From NCBI RefSeq assembly GCF_001194135.2, contig NC_069005.1, forward strand, positions 15,099,208 through 15,163,207: a stretch of 64,000 nucleotides of DNA. Direction: 5' to 3'. The position numbers were made by a program, and so were the translations under genes. Below, piece after piece: positions 23,329-36,749 of this stretch; positions within the stretch are counted from its first letter, which is position 1; each line of letters begins with the position of its first letter. The notes beneath the pieces are model-generated. The model saw only the letters and a program-made list of their open reading frames with translations, had not been told where the DNA came from and ran no database searches. The stretch comes from Octopus bimaculoides (Eukaryota).

Positions 23329-24164
23329 CTTATCACAGGGAAAATAAATAGTGCTAAATTCCAGCACATTTTGGTCACAATGTAGGATACATCTCAGAAG
23401 CAAACAACAGATGCTGGAATCTACCATTAGCCTACCTATATTTCTTCACCTAGATATATATTTTGATTGAAATACAACAAATATTATTTTTCTTCCAAAT
23501 TCAAATGTGTCTTTTCATTCAATATCATTTTTGGTTCAAACATTTCAGGTAAACTTTGGACATATGACATCATCTAGGGACACAATCATGTGATACAACT
23601 GAATTACCTTTACCACCAGAATTTAGCTGCATTTTTTTACACAAATAAATTACAAGTAGCTCCAAGCCCCTTTTTCGTATGGGTATAGAAGCATTTGCGT
23701 CAACTTAACCAGTTGCTTTGAGCTTCTGCTAACCTGCTCCAGAAAATCCAGTTAGTTCCTTCATACAAGAATGGGAAAAAAGTTTGAACACTACTTTATT
23801 CTTCTTTATAAGAACTTTTGTACTATATACGGACTCCTCTATAGCAACTGAACAGAACATGATTATGAACATGTGACTGTTTTATTGTAACTCAGCAAAA
23901 TACATCACTACAATATATATTCTTTCGTATACACCACACACAAAAAAAGTAATATTTATTATTTGTCCTACCATGCCCAATCTTGCCAAAAAATGTGTAT
24001 CTGTATGTTGTATTACTTTTAAACATTCTGACTGAAGATTACATTAACTTGTTCTTTCCAACTATTTAGTTAATTGAATTAAATTCTTTTGCTGGAAAGA
24101 TTTGTCTTTATTGTTCTGTACCCTTGTATTATTTAATTTATCTGACATTGTTTTTACAGGTTAT

Positions 24165-24620
24165 TGGCGATGAGCTGGCAGAACCTTTAGCATGCCGGGC
24201 AAAATGCTGAGGGGAATTTCGTCCTTTTTTACGTTCTGAGTTCAAATTCTGCTAAAGTCAACTTTGCCTTTTGTCTTTTTAGGGTTGATAAAATAAGTAC
24301 CAGTTGAACACTGGGGTCGATGTAATTGACTTACCCCCTCCTCCCAAAATTGTTAGCCTTGTGCCAAAACTTGGAAACATTACTTTTACAGGTTATTGGC
24401 ATCGAGCTGGCAGAGCTATTAGCATGTTGTGCAAAATGCTTAGCAGCATTCCATCTGTTTTTGTGCTCTGAGTTCAAATTCTGATGAGGGTAACTTTGCC
24501 TTTCATCCTTTTAGGGTTGGTAAAATATATACCAGCTGAACACTGGGGTCAATGTAATCAACTCACCTTTCCCCTTGAATTTGCTGGCCTTGTGTCAAGA
24601 CTTAAAACCATTATTTTTAC
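24165..24620 (+). mobile_element. Two head-to-tail SINE family B copies
   Basis: ggcgatgagctggcagaa...gagttcaaattc...ggggtcgatgtaat occurs twice, each preceded by ttttacaggttattggc. Confidence 0.85.
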
Positions 24621-25049
24621 TGGTTGTGACATGACACTTGTATTGTCAGTCACTATTTAATTTTGGTCTCTTTGAATCCCAACAGAAAGTTGTTTCTTCC
24701 TTACCCATTCCAGCAATAGTAGGCACAGCAACTTTAACCATCACCAATAATTTGCCATTGGTAAATTTGCCTTGTTTTCAAACAGTCACTTACTGAATCA
24801 AAAGGCCAATTTTAATAGGTGACTGTCAGAGATGATTAAATAAATGCTAGTGTTCCTCTGGTGCTTGTCTTATCAACTTCAGTAGGATGAAAGATAAAGT
24901 TAACCCTTTCAGGATTTGAACTCAGAACATGGGAGAATGAAATTAAATTCTATGAAACAATTAGTCTAATTTCCTACCTTTTCTACTCATATGTCAGAAT
25001 TAATTTTACATGACGTTTTCTGGAAGTAAATCTCATACTTTCCATACAG

Positions 25050-25206
25050 TTTAATGACTATGAAAGAACAAATTCAACAGAGACGACTGAAACGAGAAGC
25101 AACAAAGGCTAGGTGTCGAGAAGAAAGGCTTAGACATAAAGCTTTGCTGGTTGCTCATTTCGCTCTGTGGCTTCATCCAGACAAACCTCAGCTGCACACA
25201 TCTTCT
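25050..25206 (+). CDS. EFCAB5: EFCAB5-like coding exon 2
   Basis: Acceptor ctttccatacag|t and donor TCT|gtaagt. It completes the phase-2 codon (AG+T) and reads LMTMKEQIQQRRLKREATKARCREERLRHKALLVAHFALWLHPDKPQLHTSS, similar to EFCAB5 KMKENVKQNRKQRE...RKQALQEQFDEWILDP. Confidence 0.8.
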
Positions 25207-26550
25207 GTAAGTATTTCCATCTGATGGTCAAATGACTTTCAAAATTGTACTCTGGCCTAGCTTACTCTCTTATTTCTCCTCATTACTGCACTGAGAATGT
25301 GTGTGTGTGTGTGTCTTGGGATTATTTGCCACTGGCAACATATAGGACCATTGAACTAATTGCAGAACCAAGCTATTGATGGGCAAATAGTGCAATACCA
25401 ATATTCAGTGTAGGACATCAGCATATTGAATTATTATTGATTTTTTTTTTTAATTCTCTAATATTGATCACATTGTTGATTATATAAAAAGAAAAAGAAA
25501 GGAAGATAAAGAACTTATTCATTTTGAAGTAGCTAATATAACAATGTGGTAGCTTCTTATTATTGTACACTTTAAAAGACTGTAACTGACATTGAACAGT
25601 TGCACGAATGTAGCTAAGTTGTAGAAGCATACAAATTATCAATTTTGCTTCCCACATTTCAATATACACAGTTGTTAGAAAGTATGTGTGTGTGCATATA
25701 TATATATATATNNNNNNNNNNNNNNNNNNNNNNNNNNNNNNNNNNNNNNNNNNNNNNNNNNNNNNNNNNNNNNNNNNNNNNNNNNNNNNNNNNNNNNNNN
25801 NNNNNNNNNNNNNNNNNNNNNNNNNNNNNNNNNNNNNNNNNNNNNNNNNNNNNNNNNNNNNNNNNNNNNNNNNNNNNNNNNNNNNNNNNNNNNNNNNNNN
25901 NNNNNNNNNNNNNNNNNNNNNNNNNNNNNNNNNNNNNNNNNNNNNNNNNNNNNNNNNNNNNNNNNNNNNNNNNNNNNNNNNNNNNNNNNNNNNNNNNNNN
26001 NNNNNNNNNNNNNNNNNNNNNNNNNNNNNNNNNNNNNNNNNNNNNNNNNNNNNNNNNNNNNNNNNNNNNNNNNNNNNNNNNNNNNNNNNNNNNNNNNNNN
26101 NNNNNNNNNNNNNNNNNNNNNNNNNNNNNNNNNNNNNNNNNNNNNNNNNNNNNNNNNNNNNNNNNNNNNNNNNNNNNNNNNNNNNNNNNNNNNNNNNNNN
26201 NNNNNNNNNNNNNNNNNNNNNNNNNNNNNNNNNNNNNNNNNNNNNNNNNNNNNNNNNNNNNNNNNNNNNNNNNNNNNNNNNNNNNNNNNNNNNNNNNNNN
26301 NNNNNNNNNNNNNNNNNNNNNNNNNNNNNNNNNNNNNNNNNNNNNNNNNNNNNNNNNNNNNNNNNNNNNNNNNNNNNNNNNNNNNNNNNNNNNNNNNNNN
26401 NNNNNNNNNNNNGGTCACAGAAGTGTGACGAAAGAACTCTGGCCGAAATAAGATTAAGATTAATGTAATATAAAGCTGAAGCAAATTAACACCAAATATA
26501 CAGTGCGTGTGTTTTTATTGGCTAAACTGGCAATATGACCATCCCCAAGT

Positions 26551-26593
<43 letters not shown>

Positions 26594-26853
26594 CAATATT
26601 AAGGATTCAGGAGAGAATTAGGCACTTAAATGACAGGCACCAGGTTGGGTTAAATTAACCTGTAAACACCACCATTAGTCAAATAAATACACTGGGTACT
26701 GTAGTACATCCAGTGAAATATTCAGGTTGTGCATTTAACCCTTATGAGTATTTGACACCTAGGGGCTGGTTCAAGACACACTTATTGACCACATGGTGTT
26801 TGATATACTCCAGAATGTCCAATAGGTTGGGAATCCCTTATAGTGTATTATAA

Positions 26854-27360
26854 GCAAATAAATAAATAACAAACAATAGATAAATGTCAGTTCATTACAG
26901 CTGTTTCTAACATTTTTTAATAGATGAATGAGTACATTACAGCATAGCAATTAATCCATTTTCATCAGATGATACATAAAATTTAAAACAAGAGAAGAAG
27001 AATCCATGAATCCAGTGGGAACACACCTAGCTACCAGCCACGGCTGACCTTGAATGAGAGAAACAAACATTGGCAATAATGACCATTAACAGAGCTAGAA
27101 ATACACTAAACTCTTAATGTATTTCTAGCTCTGTTAATGGTCATTATTGCCAATGTTTGTTTCTCTCATTCAAGGTCAACCTTGGCTGGTAGCTAGGTGT
27201 GTTCCCACTGGATTCATGGATTATTCTTCTCTTGTTTTAAATTTTATGTATCATCTGATGAAAATGGTTTAATTGCTATGCTGTAATGTACTCATTCATC
27301 TATTAAAAAATGTTAGAAACAGCTGTAATGAACTGACATTATCTATTGTTTATTTATTTG

Positions 27361-27362
<2 letters not shown>
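26854..27362. repeat. Near-perfect long inverted repeat (~250-bp arms, 12-nt loop)
   Basis: 26854-27105 is the reverse complement of 27118-27362, with about 4 substitutions and small indels at the outer end; loop ctaaactcttaa. Confidence 0.95.
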
Positions 27363-27401
<39 letters not shown>

Positions 27402-27411
27402 TGAGTAAGGC

Positions 27412-27568
27412 ACAGAAGTGGCTGTGTGGTAAGAAGCTTACTTCCCAACCACATAATTCTGAGTTCAGTCCCACTGCATGGTACCTTGGGCAAGAGTCTT
27501 CTACTATAGCCTTGGGCTGACCAAAGCCATGGAGTGGATTTGGTAGACAGAAACTGTAAGAAGCCCGT
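27412..27568 (+). mobile_element. SINE family A, 5' half
   Basis: gtggctgtgtggtaagaagctt...gagttcagtcccactgc tRNA-like head. Confidence 0.85.
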
Positions 27569-27589
27569 CTTATACATCATTATAAAAGC

Positions 27590-28738
27590 TTAGTGTGTCT
27601 ACTTTTTGCTTCAGACAAAATAAATTCAGATTTATAAATTAGATAATGATTATAGACCAAAATACAATCACAACCCTACACAAAGGAGGTGAAAGTAATA
27701 CAGATATAGCAAAAAACTTAAGATTAACCAAACAATAGTCTGGAAAATTGTTGAGAAATTTCAAGAGACTGGTTTCACCGCTAATTGAGCTGGACATTGC
27801 CAAAATAGAAGTGTGTGAACCCCTCAGCTTACCAAAACTACCAGGGAAAAGGTACAGTGAAATCCTCATTGTTCTGTCAGAAAACTGGCTGCCACAGCAA
27901 AGTTAAGCTGAACGGCGATGTATCAAATGCTGAAGGAGGACCTTAGGACCCACCTCTACAAAATGATCTGCTGTTATGAGCTCATGCAAGTTTATGAGAC
28001 TGGAGAGAAGTCGTCTTATCCTGTGTCAGATTGCTGCCCAACTTGGTGTTTGCTGATGAAAAGAAATTTGACATCAAACAGACAATAAACCATCAGAATG
28101 ACTGACTTTGGAGTGTATCTGGCTCTATTGAGGGGGTAGACTTGTAAATCGATTCCAATTCCAAATCCAGTCAGTTATAGTTTGGGCAGGTGTGACAGTC
28201 ACTGGAAGGTCTCCCTTCATTTTTGTACCCTTGGGTGTTAAAATTAACACCCAGTGATACATTAGCAACATTCTGGAAACTGAACTGCTTCCATGGGCAA
28301 ATGAGCACTTTCAAGGTGCACCTTGGAGCCCCCAACAGGACTTGGCACCATCCCACAGTTCCAAACAGACACACCACTGGATTCAGAAAATCATTGTTTC
28401 ATTCATAGGCAAGGATGTATGGCCTTGAAGAAATTTTGATCTCAACCTGTTGGATTTTTCTGTTTGGTTCATTTTGGAGATGAGGGTCTTGAGTACACCT
28501 CATGCTTTGCTTGATGCTTTGAAAGCAAAACTGCACCTGTATGCCATGTGGGAATCATTCACACCTAAACTTAAGGCTGTGATTCGAAACAGAGGTGGTC
28601 ATATCGAATAAATGTGGTAGTGTCATAATTGTGTTTCCTTTACCATTGCACTGCAATGCTCAGACTCAAAATATAACAATATTTTACTTTGGCAAAATTG
28701 AAAACAAGTTGATTGCCTTAATTTTTGGACACCCTGTG
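27590..28738 (+). mobile_element. Degraded DD37D (maT-like) mariner transposon
   Basis: VFADEKKFDI, VIVWAGVT and QQDLAPSH...DLNLLD with 37 residues between the second and third Asp; C-terminus VIRNRGGHIE; right TIR ...atttttggacaccctgtgta. Left TIR not seen. Confidence 0.8.
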
Positions 28739-28762
28739 TATTGTGTGTGCATGTGCATGTGC

Positions 28763-28793
<31 letters not shown>

Positions 28794-29559
28794 TTCATTT
28801 GTATGTGTTTTCACATCAAAAGACAAGCAAATTATTCCTTGTCCGTAGCTCCTGTCTGAGTAAAATCAAAAAGGCTTAACCCAATTAGCAATCATTTTCT
28901 CTATTATTTTACAATTTGTAATCAATGGCATTCATCCATAATTACAGGTTTCCAGTTAGGGCAATCATAAGTTTGTTATCTTTCTAATGACAAGAGTGAT
29001 AAGCGAGTGTTTGCAACTGGCTGCAAAAAAGAATTTGTGTGAGGAGTTTAAGTTTGTCTTGATGTTTACACTCTCTACAGATATACATTAGCAAAGGACG
29101 CACACACACACACACGATGGGCTCATTTCAGTTCCCATCTACCAAATCCACTCACAAGACCCAGAGGCCATAGTAGAAGACACTTGTCCATGGTGCCATA
29201 CAGGGATTGAACCTGGAAATATATTGCTGGGAAGCAAACTACTTACCACACAGCCATGCCTGAAGCATTACAGTTCTCTTGTGTTGGAGGGTAGTAACCT
29301 TGAATAAGCCCCTATTCATTTAGAATAGTTCTCTAGTTCTCTAGGCCAAAACAGCAGAGTATAAAGCCAGATTTTCATGAGAACTCTTGTATGTCAATAA
29401 TCTTGTTATCCAGGTTGAATTTCTTGAAGAATTAGAAAAGAAATTCTTATTGTGGATGTAGAATTTAGAGTCAAGAGACTTCAAAGTAAACTTTACAGAG
29501 ACAGAAATTTTTTCCTTAACAGGAAGTGAATCGGGACTTTGTTGCCATCAAGGAGTGGG

Positions 29560-29975
29560 TCCATGCTTCATTAATTCTTTTTTTTTTGTTGCTTTTATGG
29601 ATTCCCATGACTCTGTCACCATCCAATTCCATTATAATGAATTTGAATTGGGAGATCAAGTCAAAGTGAATCTTTCATCAGCTGATTACACAACCATGGA
29701 CGCCACCTCTATGGATGCATTGCAGTTACTCTCTTGATAGAGTTTGGTGATCCTGTCTGTTGATCTTCTAGGGTTTCTCCACTCAGCATCAATGTAAGAA
29801 GCACCATTGGCTCAGTTGAGTTCTTCCCCTACCTCTTCATAATCCACTATGTTGCAGTCCCATGACTTCACTGTATTCCTTATAGGTTGGCTGAATGGGT
29901 TCTATGCTTTGCCAAAGGGCAGCCCATGACTGCAGGACACAGCCATCACTCCATGAGGTATTTTCAAAATACCCA
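29560..29975. repeat. Unclassified dispersed repeat, copy 1 (copy 2 at about 52360-52745)
   Basis: Colinear similarity, e.g. atccaattccattataatga(a/g)tttgaatt...aaagtgaatctttcat...gccaaagggcagcccat. No convincing protein motif. Confidence 0.7.
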
Positions 29976-30279
29976 CATACCTATATTTCATTATGCAGTG
30001 AAGGAATTTATTGGCACTCTGTACTGTGAATCAGATTCTAATAATGGCAGACAAGAGATGCAGTGTGGTCACAGTCAGGCTAACTAAAAAGAAACACTTT
30101 ATGTACAGTTGTTGCATGGGAGTAGTTAGTAGTTGAAGTATCCATGAAATAAATTTTCTCAAATTCTCAGAAGGCTCTCTTGAAGTAGCTGATATCATCT
30201 CTTATTCACATGACCTAATTAATAAGAGAAGTGAGTGTTCTGAAAGTTTATTGATCAGAATATGATTGGGGAAGTGGCT

Positions 30280-30555
30280 AGTTTAGAGAGAGCTATTGCT
30301 TTTGCTAGCAACAAGGGGATTCTCTTTTCAAGTAAAAGGGAGATTGTGTGATGTGTATGTGTGAAATGATATGTTATGTAGCAGTAAATATGGACATTGA
30401 ATGCAGACAATGTGTGATGGCTGGAAATAAATGAAGAGAGTACGCTCTGCTGAACAGGTGATGTCAGTATGCATGAATGAGGGAGAACAGATGAACTAAG
30501 AGGAAAAACTGGGTATAAGAAGAAAAGATTATGTACAGAGAGAAGACTACTAGTC
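30280..30555 (+). mobile_element. Degraded RTE-clade LINE ORF2 C-terminal fragment (related fragments at 31150-31300, 51550-51950, 52800-53150, 45105-45165)
   Basis: Broken frames resembling KGRLY..CV...ML..S.TW.L, LREKLGI and ERRL.W.GHV, and FKTGCPWE.L..DDL.L.A at 51575. Confidence 0.55.
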
Positions 30556-30824
30556 AGGACTGACACTAGGAAGTGTGGGGCCCAATTAGAGAATTGTCAG
30601 TGGCGCCCTCTACTCTATAAAAACTGAAGATTGATGTTTTATTCTTTGTGTAGTATGCCAGTCTCAGCTAAAAAGTTTTGAGGGCTTGAGGCTCCACCAT
30701 TAGCCACAATGATATATTAAAAAATTTGTCATAGAGTCCAGCACTTGAGCATGTGCATGGGGCCCTCTCTTGGTGTGGGGCCCAGTTTGAACAAATCTGC
30801 CTAATTGGCTTAAAATTGGCCCTG
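30555..30824. mobile_element. hAT-like MITE family, copy 2
   Basis: cagg...ccctg termini; flanks ctactagt / atgctagt match at 6 of 8 positions. Confidence 0.65.
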
Positions 30825-31515
30825 ATGCTAGTATGTGTATATGGTGTGTATGGGATTGGATTGTTGGGTCAAGAAGTTTTTAGTAATCTAAGTGGAAAGG
30901 AAGCTACAGAAGAGGGAAACTGGGGATGATATAGGAGGAAATGATGAAAACTGATTTCAAGACTTTGAATCTCTTGAAGAGTTGACAAATGGTAAGACAC
31001 TGTGACAGAGAAGACCAATCCAAACCTATGCAAATATTGAAAAGAAAAGCATAAAAATGATGATGTAGTAATATAGTAGTAGTAGTAGTAGTATGTAGCT
31101 TGCAGTTAGATATCCATCAAAGCACAGTGCTTGACTGTCTTCTGTTTATTATAGTCTTCCAAACCATAATAAAAGTGTTTAAGACTGGCTCCACAGGAAC
31201 ACTGTAAACTGATCTTGTTGATCTTTAAAGCAAAATCTGTGGAAGATTTGGAGAAGAAATTCAAGACATGGAGTCAAAACTCCATTGAAGAGGCTTGAAC
31301 TAAACTTTGCTTGTGTGTGTGCGTGTGCATATGTATATATATATATATGGTGTGAGTTCGAGTCTCATAGCTGGCCGCCTACACTTTTTTCTGCAAAATA
31401 GGGGTAGCATTATCCTGCGTTTGAGAATTTAAAATCACTTCTGTAACTTTCTAAGACACCTCAATGCTTCTAAAAGCAAACTTCGTTTGTTTGTTTACGT
31501 TCATCGTAATTTGAA

Positions 31516-31550
<35 letters not shown>

Positions 31551-31741
31551 CACATCCAAGTTAATCTGGATGTATTGTTTTAAATGTTATAAGCTCCTGT
31601 AATTGCCCTGAGAAATAATCTTGAGTAGATGTGTGCTAAAAAGCAATGATTATATCAGCAGATGAACTTTCTTCGGTAATGGCTGACCGGACTGTCATAT
31701 TGCATGATTTTACCGCAATTTGTGCTTTCTCAGATACAAAC

Positions 31742-31878
31742 ACCCTAGCACCGAATGCCAAATGGAAATTCTATTAAACTAATATAACATTTGCTAAAAT
31801 GTGTCATAACTGATTGTTTAGTCAGTGTTAAACTATATCAGTTTGACAGAATTTCAGTCTGACATTCAGTGCTAGGGT
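31742..31878. repeat. Small inverted repeat or mini-MITE (~45-bp arms)
   Basis: accctagcaccgaatgccaaatggaaattctattaaactaatata against the reverse complement of 31834-31878. Confidence 0.7.
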
Positions 31879-32479
31879 ACCTGGTGCTGAGGAAGCACAA
31901 ACTACGCTGAACTCACATGATACAACAGTCCCAACTGTTGGTGCAGACGAAATTTCCTCTACTGATATAATTTGTGCTTTTAGCACTCACCCTCTATACA
32001 AGATAATTACTCAGGATGATTACCACAGCTGAGGGCATTTAAAACAACATATCTAAGTTCAATCAATACATCATCATCATCTTTTAATGTCTGCATTCCA
32101 TGCTGCCATGGGTTGGACGCTTTGACCAGACTCCAAACTTATTTGCCTTGATTTCTATGGTTGGATCCCCTTCCAACCATTTTACAGTGTGTGTTGGGTG
32201 CTATTACCATGCCACCAGCATGAGTGATTCTCTGTGGTACTGGCACGAGTGCTCTTTACATGACACTGGCACAATGTGTAAATTGATATTCATTACAAAG
32301 GCTGTTTCTGATGCAAATAGCTAATTTATACACATCCTGCCAATGTTGTGTGACATCCCTTGTTTCATATGTGCTGAATAACATAAAGCTTTACTTTCAT
32401 AAGTCATTATTCAGGTGATTGAAGAAAATTGGGAATGTGTATCAGATATGATGCATGGATGCCCAGGAAATAAAAACTA

Positions 32480-32802
32480 GCACTCTGCCAGTAATGACAA
32501 CGAGGGTTCCAGTTGATTGGATCAATGGAACAGCCTGCTCATGAAATTAGCATACAAGTGGCTGAGCACTCCACAGACACACGTACCCTTAACATAGTTC
32601 CCAGAGAGATTCAACATGACACAGAAAGTGACAAGTCTGGCCCTTTGAATTACAGGTACTACTCTCTTTTGTCAGCTGTGTGGACTGGAGCAACATGAAA
32701 TAAAGTGTTTTGCTGAAGGACACAGTGCACCACTGAAAATCAAATTCGTGACTTTATGATCATAAAACCGAACACCCTAACCACTAAGCCATGCACCTTC
32801 AC
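32480..32802 (-). mobile_element. tRNA-headed SINE family E (minus copies also at 33895-34207, 46530-46828, 39150-39350)
   Basis: Minus strand begins gtgaaggtgcatggcttagtggttagg, with a B-box and the central tgtgtccttgagcaagacacttt core. Confidence 0.85.
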
Positions 32803-33068
32803 TTGCCTGGGAAATATGTCCTGTGTATCATGTGATTACACAGGACAGGCAAAGAGTTAAGATGCTGTGCTAGAAAAGACCTGAATAACTCATGGCAAAA
32901 TCATTGTAAGATGTTGATAGTGATGATACTTGCAAATTAAACTTGCAAAGGTTATTTTTCAACCTGAGCTTTAATAGAAGATGCTTGTCAAAGTGTTCGC
33001 AAGATTTTAATCTTTAAGTTCATGTAATTCTGAGGACACACAATTGAACCATAGCTGAAAGTGTACAT

Positions 33069-33478
33069 AGGTGCAGGTATGGCTGTGTGGTAAGAAGCTT
33101 GCTTCCCAACCACATTGTTCCGGGTTCAGTCCCATTGCATGGCACCTTGTGCAAGTGTCTTCTGCTATAGGCTCGGGCTGGCCAAAGCCTTGTGAGTGGA
33201 TTTGGTAGACAGAAACTGAAAAAAGCTTGCCTGTTGTGTGTGTGGGTGTATATATATGCATATGTGTGTATATATATGTGTGTGTCTGTCTATTTTTTGT
33301 GTCTGTGTTTGTCCCCATAACCTAGCAGTTTGGCAAAAAGAGACTGATAGAATGAGTACCAGACTTCATTAAAAAATATAGTACTGAGGTTGATTCATTT
33401 GACTAAAAATTCTTCAAGACAGTGCCCCTGCATGGCCACAGTCTGATGAGTGAAACAAGTAAAAAGATTAAAAAAAAA
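33069..33478 (+). mobile_element. SINE family A, full length, older copy
   Basis: Colinear with 59643-60048; many CpG-to-TpG/CpA changes. Confidence 0.9.
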
Positions 33479-34630
33479 AGAATGAAGATAGTCATTATCA
33501 CTTAGCATCCATTTTTCATGCTGGCATGGGTTGGATGGTCCAACAGGAACTTTGAGAATGATGCTGAGGTCCATTGTTTGCTTTTACATGATTTCTGCTG
33601 CTAGATGTCCTTCCCAATGCCAGCCACTATAGAGTGCACTGGGTACTTTCTTTGTAGCACTGGCCCTAGTGCAACCACCAAGTAACTCACAAGGCAAGAT
33701 CTCTCAACCAAGAGGGGGCATAGTATTGAGAGAGATAAAAGTATGATAGAGAGAAGGGAACAAGTATCTTGCTTAAAAGCAGATACATAATTTCCCCAGC
33801 TGGGAAAAAGAGAAATATGATGGCGATGGCGGCATAGCTTCTATGTATAAGGTGAAGATAAGAGAGAATAGAGATATATCTTTTACTAACCAGCACTCTG
33901 TTGGTTATGATGACAACGGTTCCAGTTGATCTGATCAACAAAACAACCTGCTTGTGAAATTAACATGAAAATGGCTGAACACTCCACAGACCCATGTACC
34001 CTTAATGTAGTTCTCAGAGAGATTCAGGGTGACACTGAATGTGACAAGGCTGGCCCTTTGAATTACAGGTACAACTCATGCTGGGTGGACTGGAGCAATG
34101 TAAAATAAAGTGTCTTGCTCAAGGACACAATGTGACACCATGTGTTGAACTAATGACCTTATGATCTTGAGCCGAATCCCCTAACCACTTAGTCACTTGC
34201 TTTCACTGGCATACCTATAGTAGGTGAAGGTATGATTTAGGGATTAGTCATTTTGGCTCAGTCTTACTGCAGACCCTTGGACAAGGCAAGTATCTTTTAT
34301 TGTAGTGCTGGACCAGCCAATTCTTTGTGAGTGATTTGTGGGTGGAAACTGTATGCAGACTACCCCCACTTCCCGCACGTGGGTGTGAATATTTACATCC
34401 TGTTTGTTTCACATGTAAAAGCATGAAGCTACACAAGCTGTGGAGATTGTTGTCATTTTCCAATCAACAAATCATCTTTTGGCTCTGTGTTTTCGAAGGC
34501 ATGGAATGAGAAATCTCTTATTTGTAAAACAGTTAAAGGTAAAAATTAGTAGCAGTATAGGCATCCAGCTGTGAAACACTGCTTCCATTAACCAACTAGC
34601 CATTACAAGCATGAAAGAAATGGTTGTAAT

Positions 34631-34997
34631 AACACTGTGTAACAAAGATTTTATTTTTTATTTGTCTTTGATCAATAAGTGTTATTTCCTAATTGCTTCT
34701 GTCTACGGAAATGACTACTATTCTCTTCAAACTTTGCTTTTGTGACCTGGACATCAATGTTTTAAAACTAACCTATTTTACATCACATTTTAGACAATAT
34801 GAGTGCATCTTTGATGATGAGCAGGAGTAGTGGGGGAGCATCATAGCCATGTGTTGAGAGGGATTGTTTGAAGTTTGAAGAGATGTAAGAAAAGCAAAGT
34901 TTGAAGGAAATATTAGCCATTTTTCATACTTTCTAGGAGTAAGCAAATAGGAAATAGCACTTTCTACCCAAGGCCAAAAATTGTGTCATACAGTGTA
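34631..34997. mobile_element. Tc1/mariner-type MITE carrying a family C fragment, copy 1
   Basis: TIRs acactgtgtaac...tatttcctaattgctt / aagcaaataggaaata...catacagtgta; homologous to 43905-44377 in opposite orientation. Confidence 0.65.
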
Positions 34998-35111
34998 ATG
35001 AGTGAGGGTATTTGTATATTTGTAACTGCTTATTATTATATACATATATTACTTCATATAAAAGAAGTTACATAATCCAACAAACAAACTTGTATAAATT
35101 TTATGTTTAAG

Positions 35112-35237
35112 GTTATGAAAGCCTTAAATACCCTTGACGAGATGATATCTGAGCCTCAAGATGAATATGAATCATTGTTAAGAGATATGAAAACAGTCAA
35201 AGAAGACAAGACATTTGATGCAGATACTTTCTCAGAG
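35112..35237 (+). CDS. EFCAB5: EFCAB5-like coding exon 3
   Basis: ttatgtttaag|GTT...GAG|gtacgt; 126 nt, phase 0/0, open: VMKALNTLDEMISEPQDEYESLLRDMKTVKEDKTFDADTFSE. Position and length fit between the flanking EFCAB5-like exons. Confidence 0.7.
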
Positions 35238-35505
35238 GTACGTCTAAACTTTATTGATATTTAAAAAAAAAATTGATCTGGATATTTTTTCCCCTTTTCA
35301 TGACTTACTTAACTCTCCGTCTGTTCTGTCTCCCTGTCTCTCATCATCATCATCATTATCATCATGCTGGTATAGGTTGGACAGTGTGACCAGACTTGAC
35401 AAACTGGGGGTGTGGGATGCACCAGACTCCAGTCTGATTTGGCATGGTTTCTATGGCTCGATGCCCTGGCATTAGGAAGGGCATCCAGGAATGCCCTTTC
35501 TAACA

Positions 35506-35542
<37 letters not shown>

Positions 35543-35599
35543 CAAATTTGTGTGATTGTGAATAGAATAATATATCAGTTGAATAAAGCTAAAACCCCA

Positions 35600-36330
35600 A
35601 TGATTGTTTTCTAATTTGAACCAACTCCCTAGAAAATCTGGAAGAATTCAGCACCCTCCTCAATAATCTACGCCTTAGTCTCAAATTTGCAAGAGAAATG
35701 AGCAAAACACAATTACCATTTCTTGACATAATGGTAATTAAAAACAACACCACAATCACAACTGATATTTATTTCAAAAGCACAGATACACACTACTACC
35801 TAAATTTCGAATCATTCCACCTAAAACACACACAAAACACAACATTCCTTACTGCCTTAGTGTCTAGCCAAGAAAATTTGTACTACAGTCGATGATCCAA
35901 ATACCACAGACACACGACTTATAGAACTCAAAGGATTTGTGCTCAAGCAAAATTACTCTCTCCTACTTATAGGAAATAGCATACAACGAGCAAAAGAAAT
36001 ACCTATAGAACAACTTAGAACAACACGAAAAAGACGAACCCATCAAAGGAACACAATAACATTTCTAGTAACACACAATCCGCATCACCAAAACATTTTT
36101 AACATCATCAAAACAAATTTGCCATTCATAAAACAAAGCGAAAAAAAAAACAAAAAAAACATAACTAATCAAACACTTATCTTAAGCAAAAGGCAACCAC
36201 ATAACCTAAAGAAACTATTAACAAAGGCAAAATTCAACTATGAACAAACAGGATAAAACATTGACAGTATCCAAGTGTAATGATAACAGATGTGGAACGT
36301 GTCAAAACATGCATACGGGTAGATCCATTA
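35600..36330 (+). mobile_element. Penelope-like element, RT C-terminal region
   Basis: DCFLI*TNSLENL, LPFLDIMVIKNNTTITTDIYFKSTDTHYYLNF, FLVTHNP, SKRQPHNLKKLLTKAKF, CNDNRCGTC; frameshifted. Confidence 0.85.
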
Positions 36331-36749
36331 GAACAAAACAGGGACAGATTTTCGCAGGTGCAGATATGAACTGCAGAAACAGGAATTTGATCTACTGCAC
36401 CATCTGAACATGGTCGATGCCAGCCACCCTCGCCCCGACTGGCTCCTGTGCCAGTAGCATGTAAAAAGCACCATCCAAACGTGGGTGATGCCAATGCTCC
36501 CTGACTGGCTCCTATGCCGGTGGCATGTAAAAAACCCCCCACAACACTTTCAGAGTGGTTGGCGTTAGGAAGGGCATCCAGCTGTAGAAACAGTGCTAGA
36601 TCAGATTGGAGCCCAGTGCAGCCTCCTGGCTTGCCAGTCCTCAGTTACACCATCTAACCCATGCCAGCATGAAAAACAGATGTTAAATGATGATGATGAT
36701 GCATTAAATGCTTGAATTGTGGGGAATGAATTAATGGAACGCTCACGAG

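Noticed and set aside
26854-27362. Long hairpin as a canonical pre-miRNA
   Set aside because: The stem (~250 bp, near-perfect) is far longer than a pre-miRNA; kept only as a hairpin-RNA/ADAR candidate.
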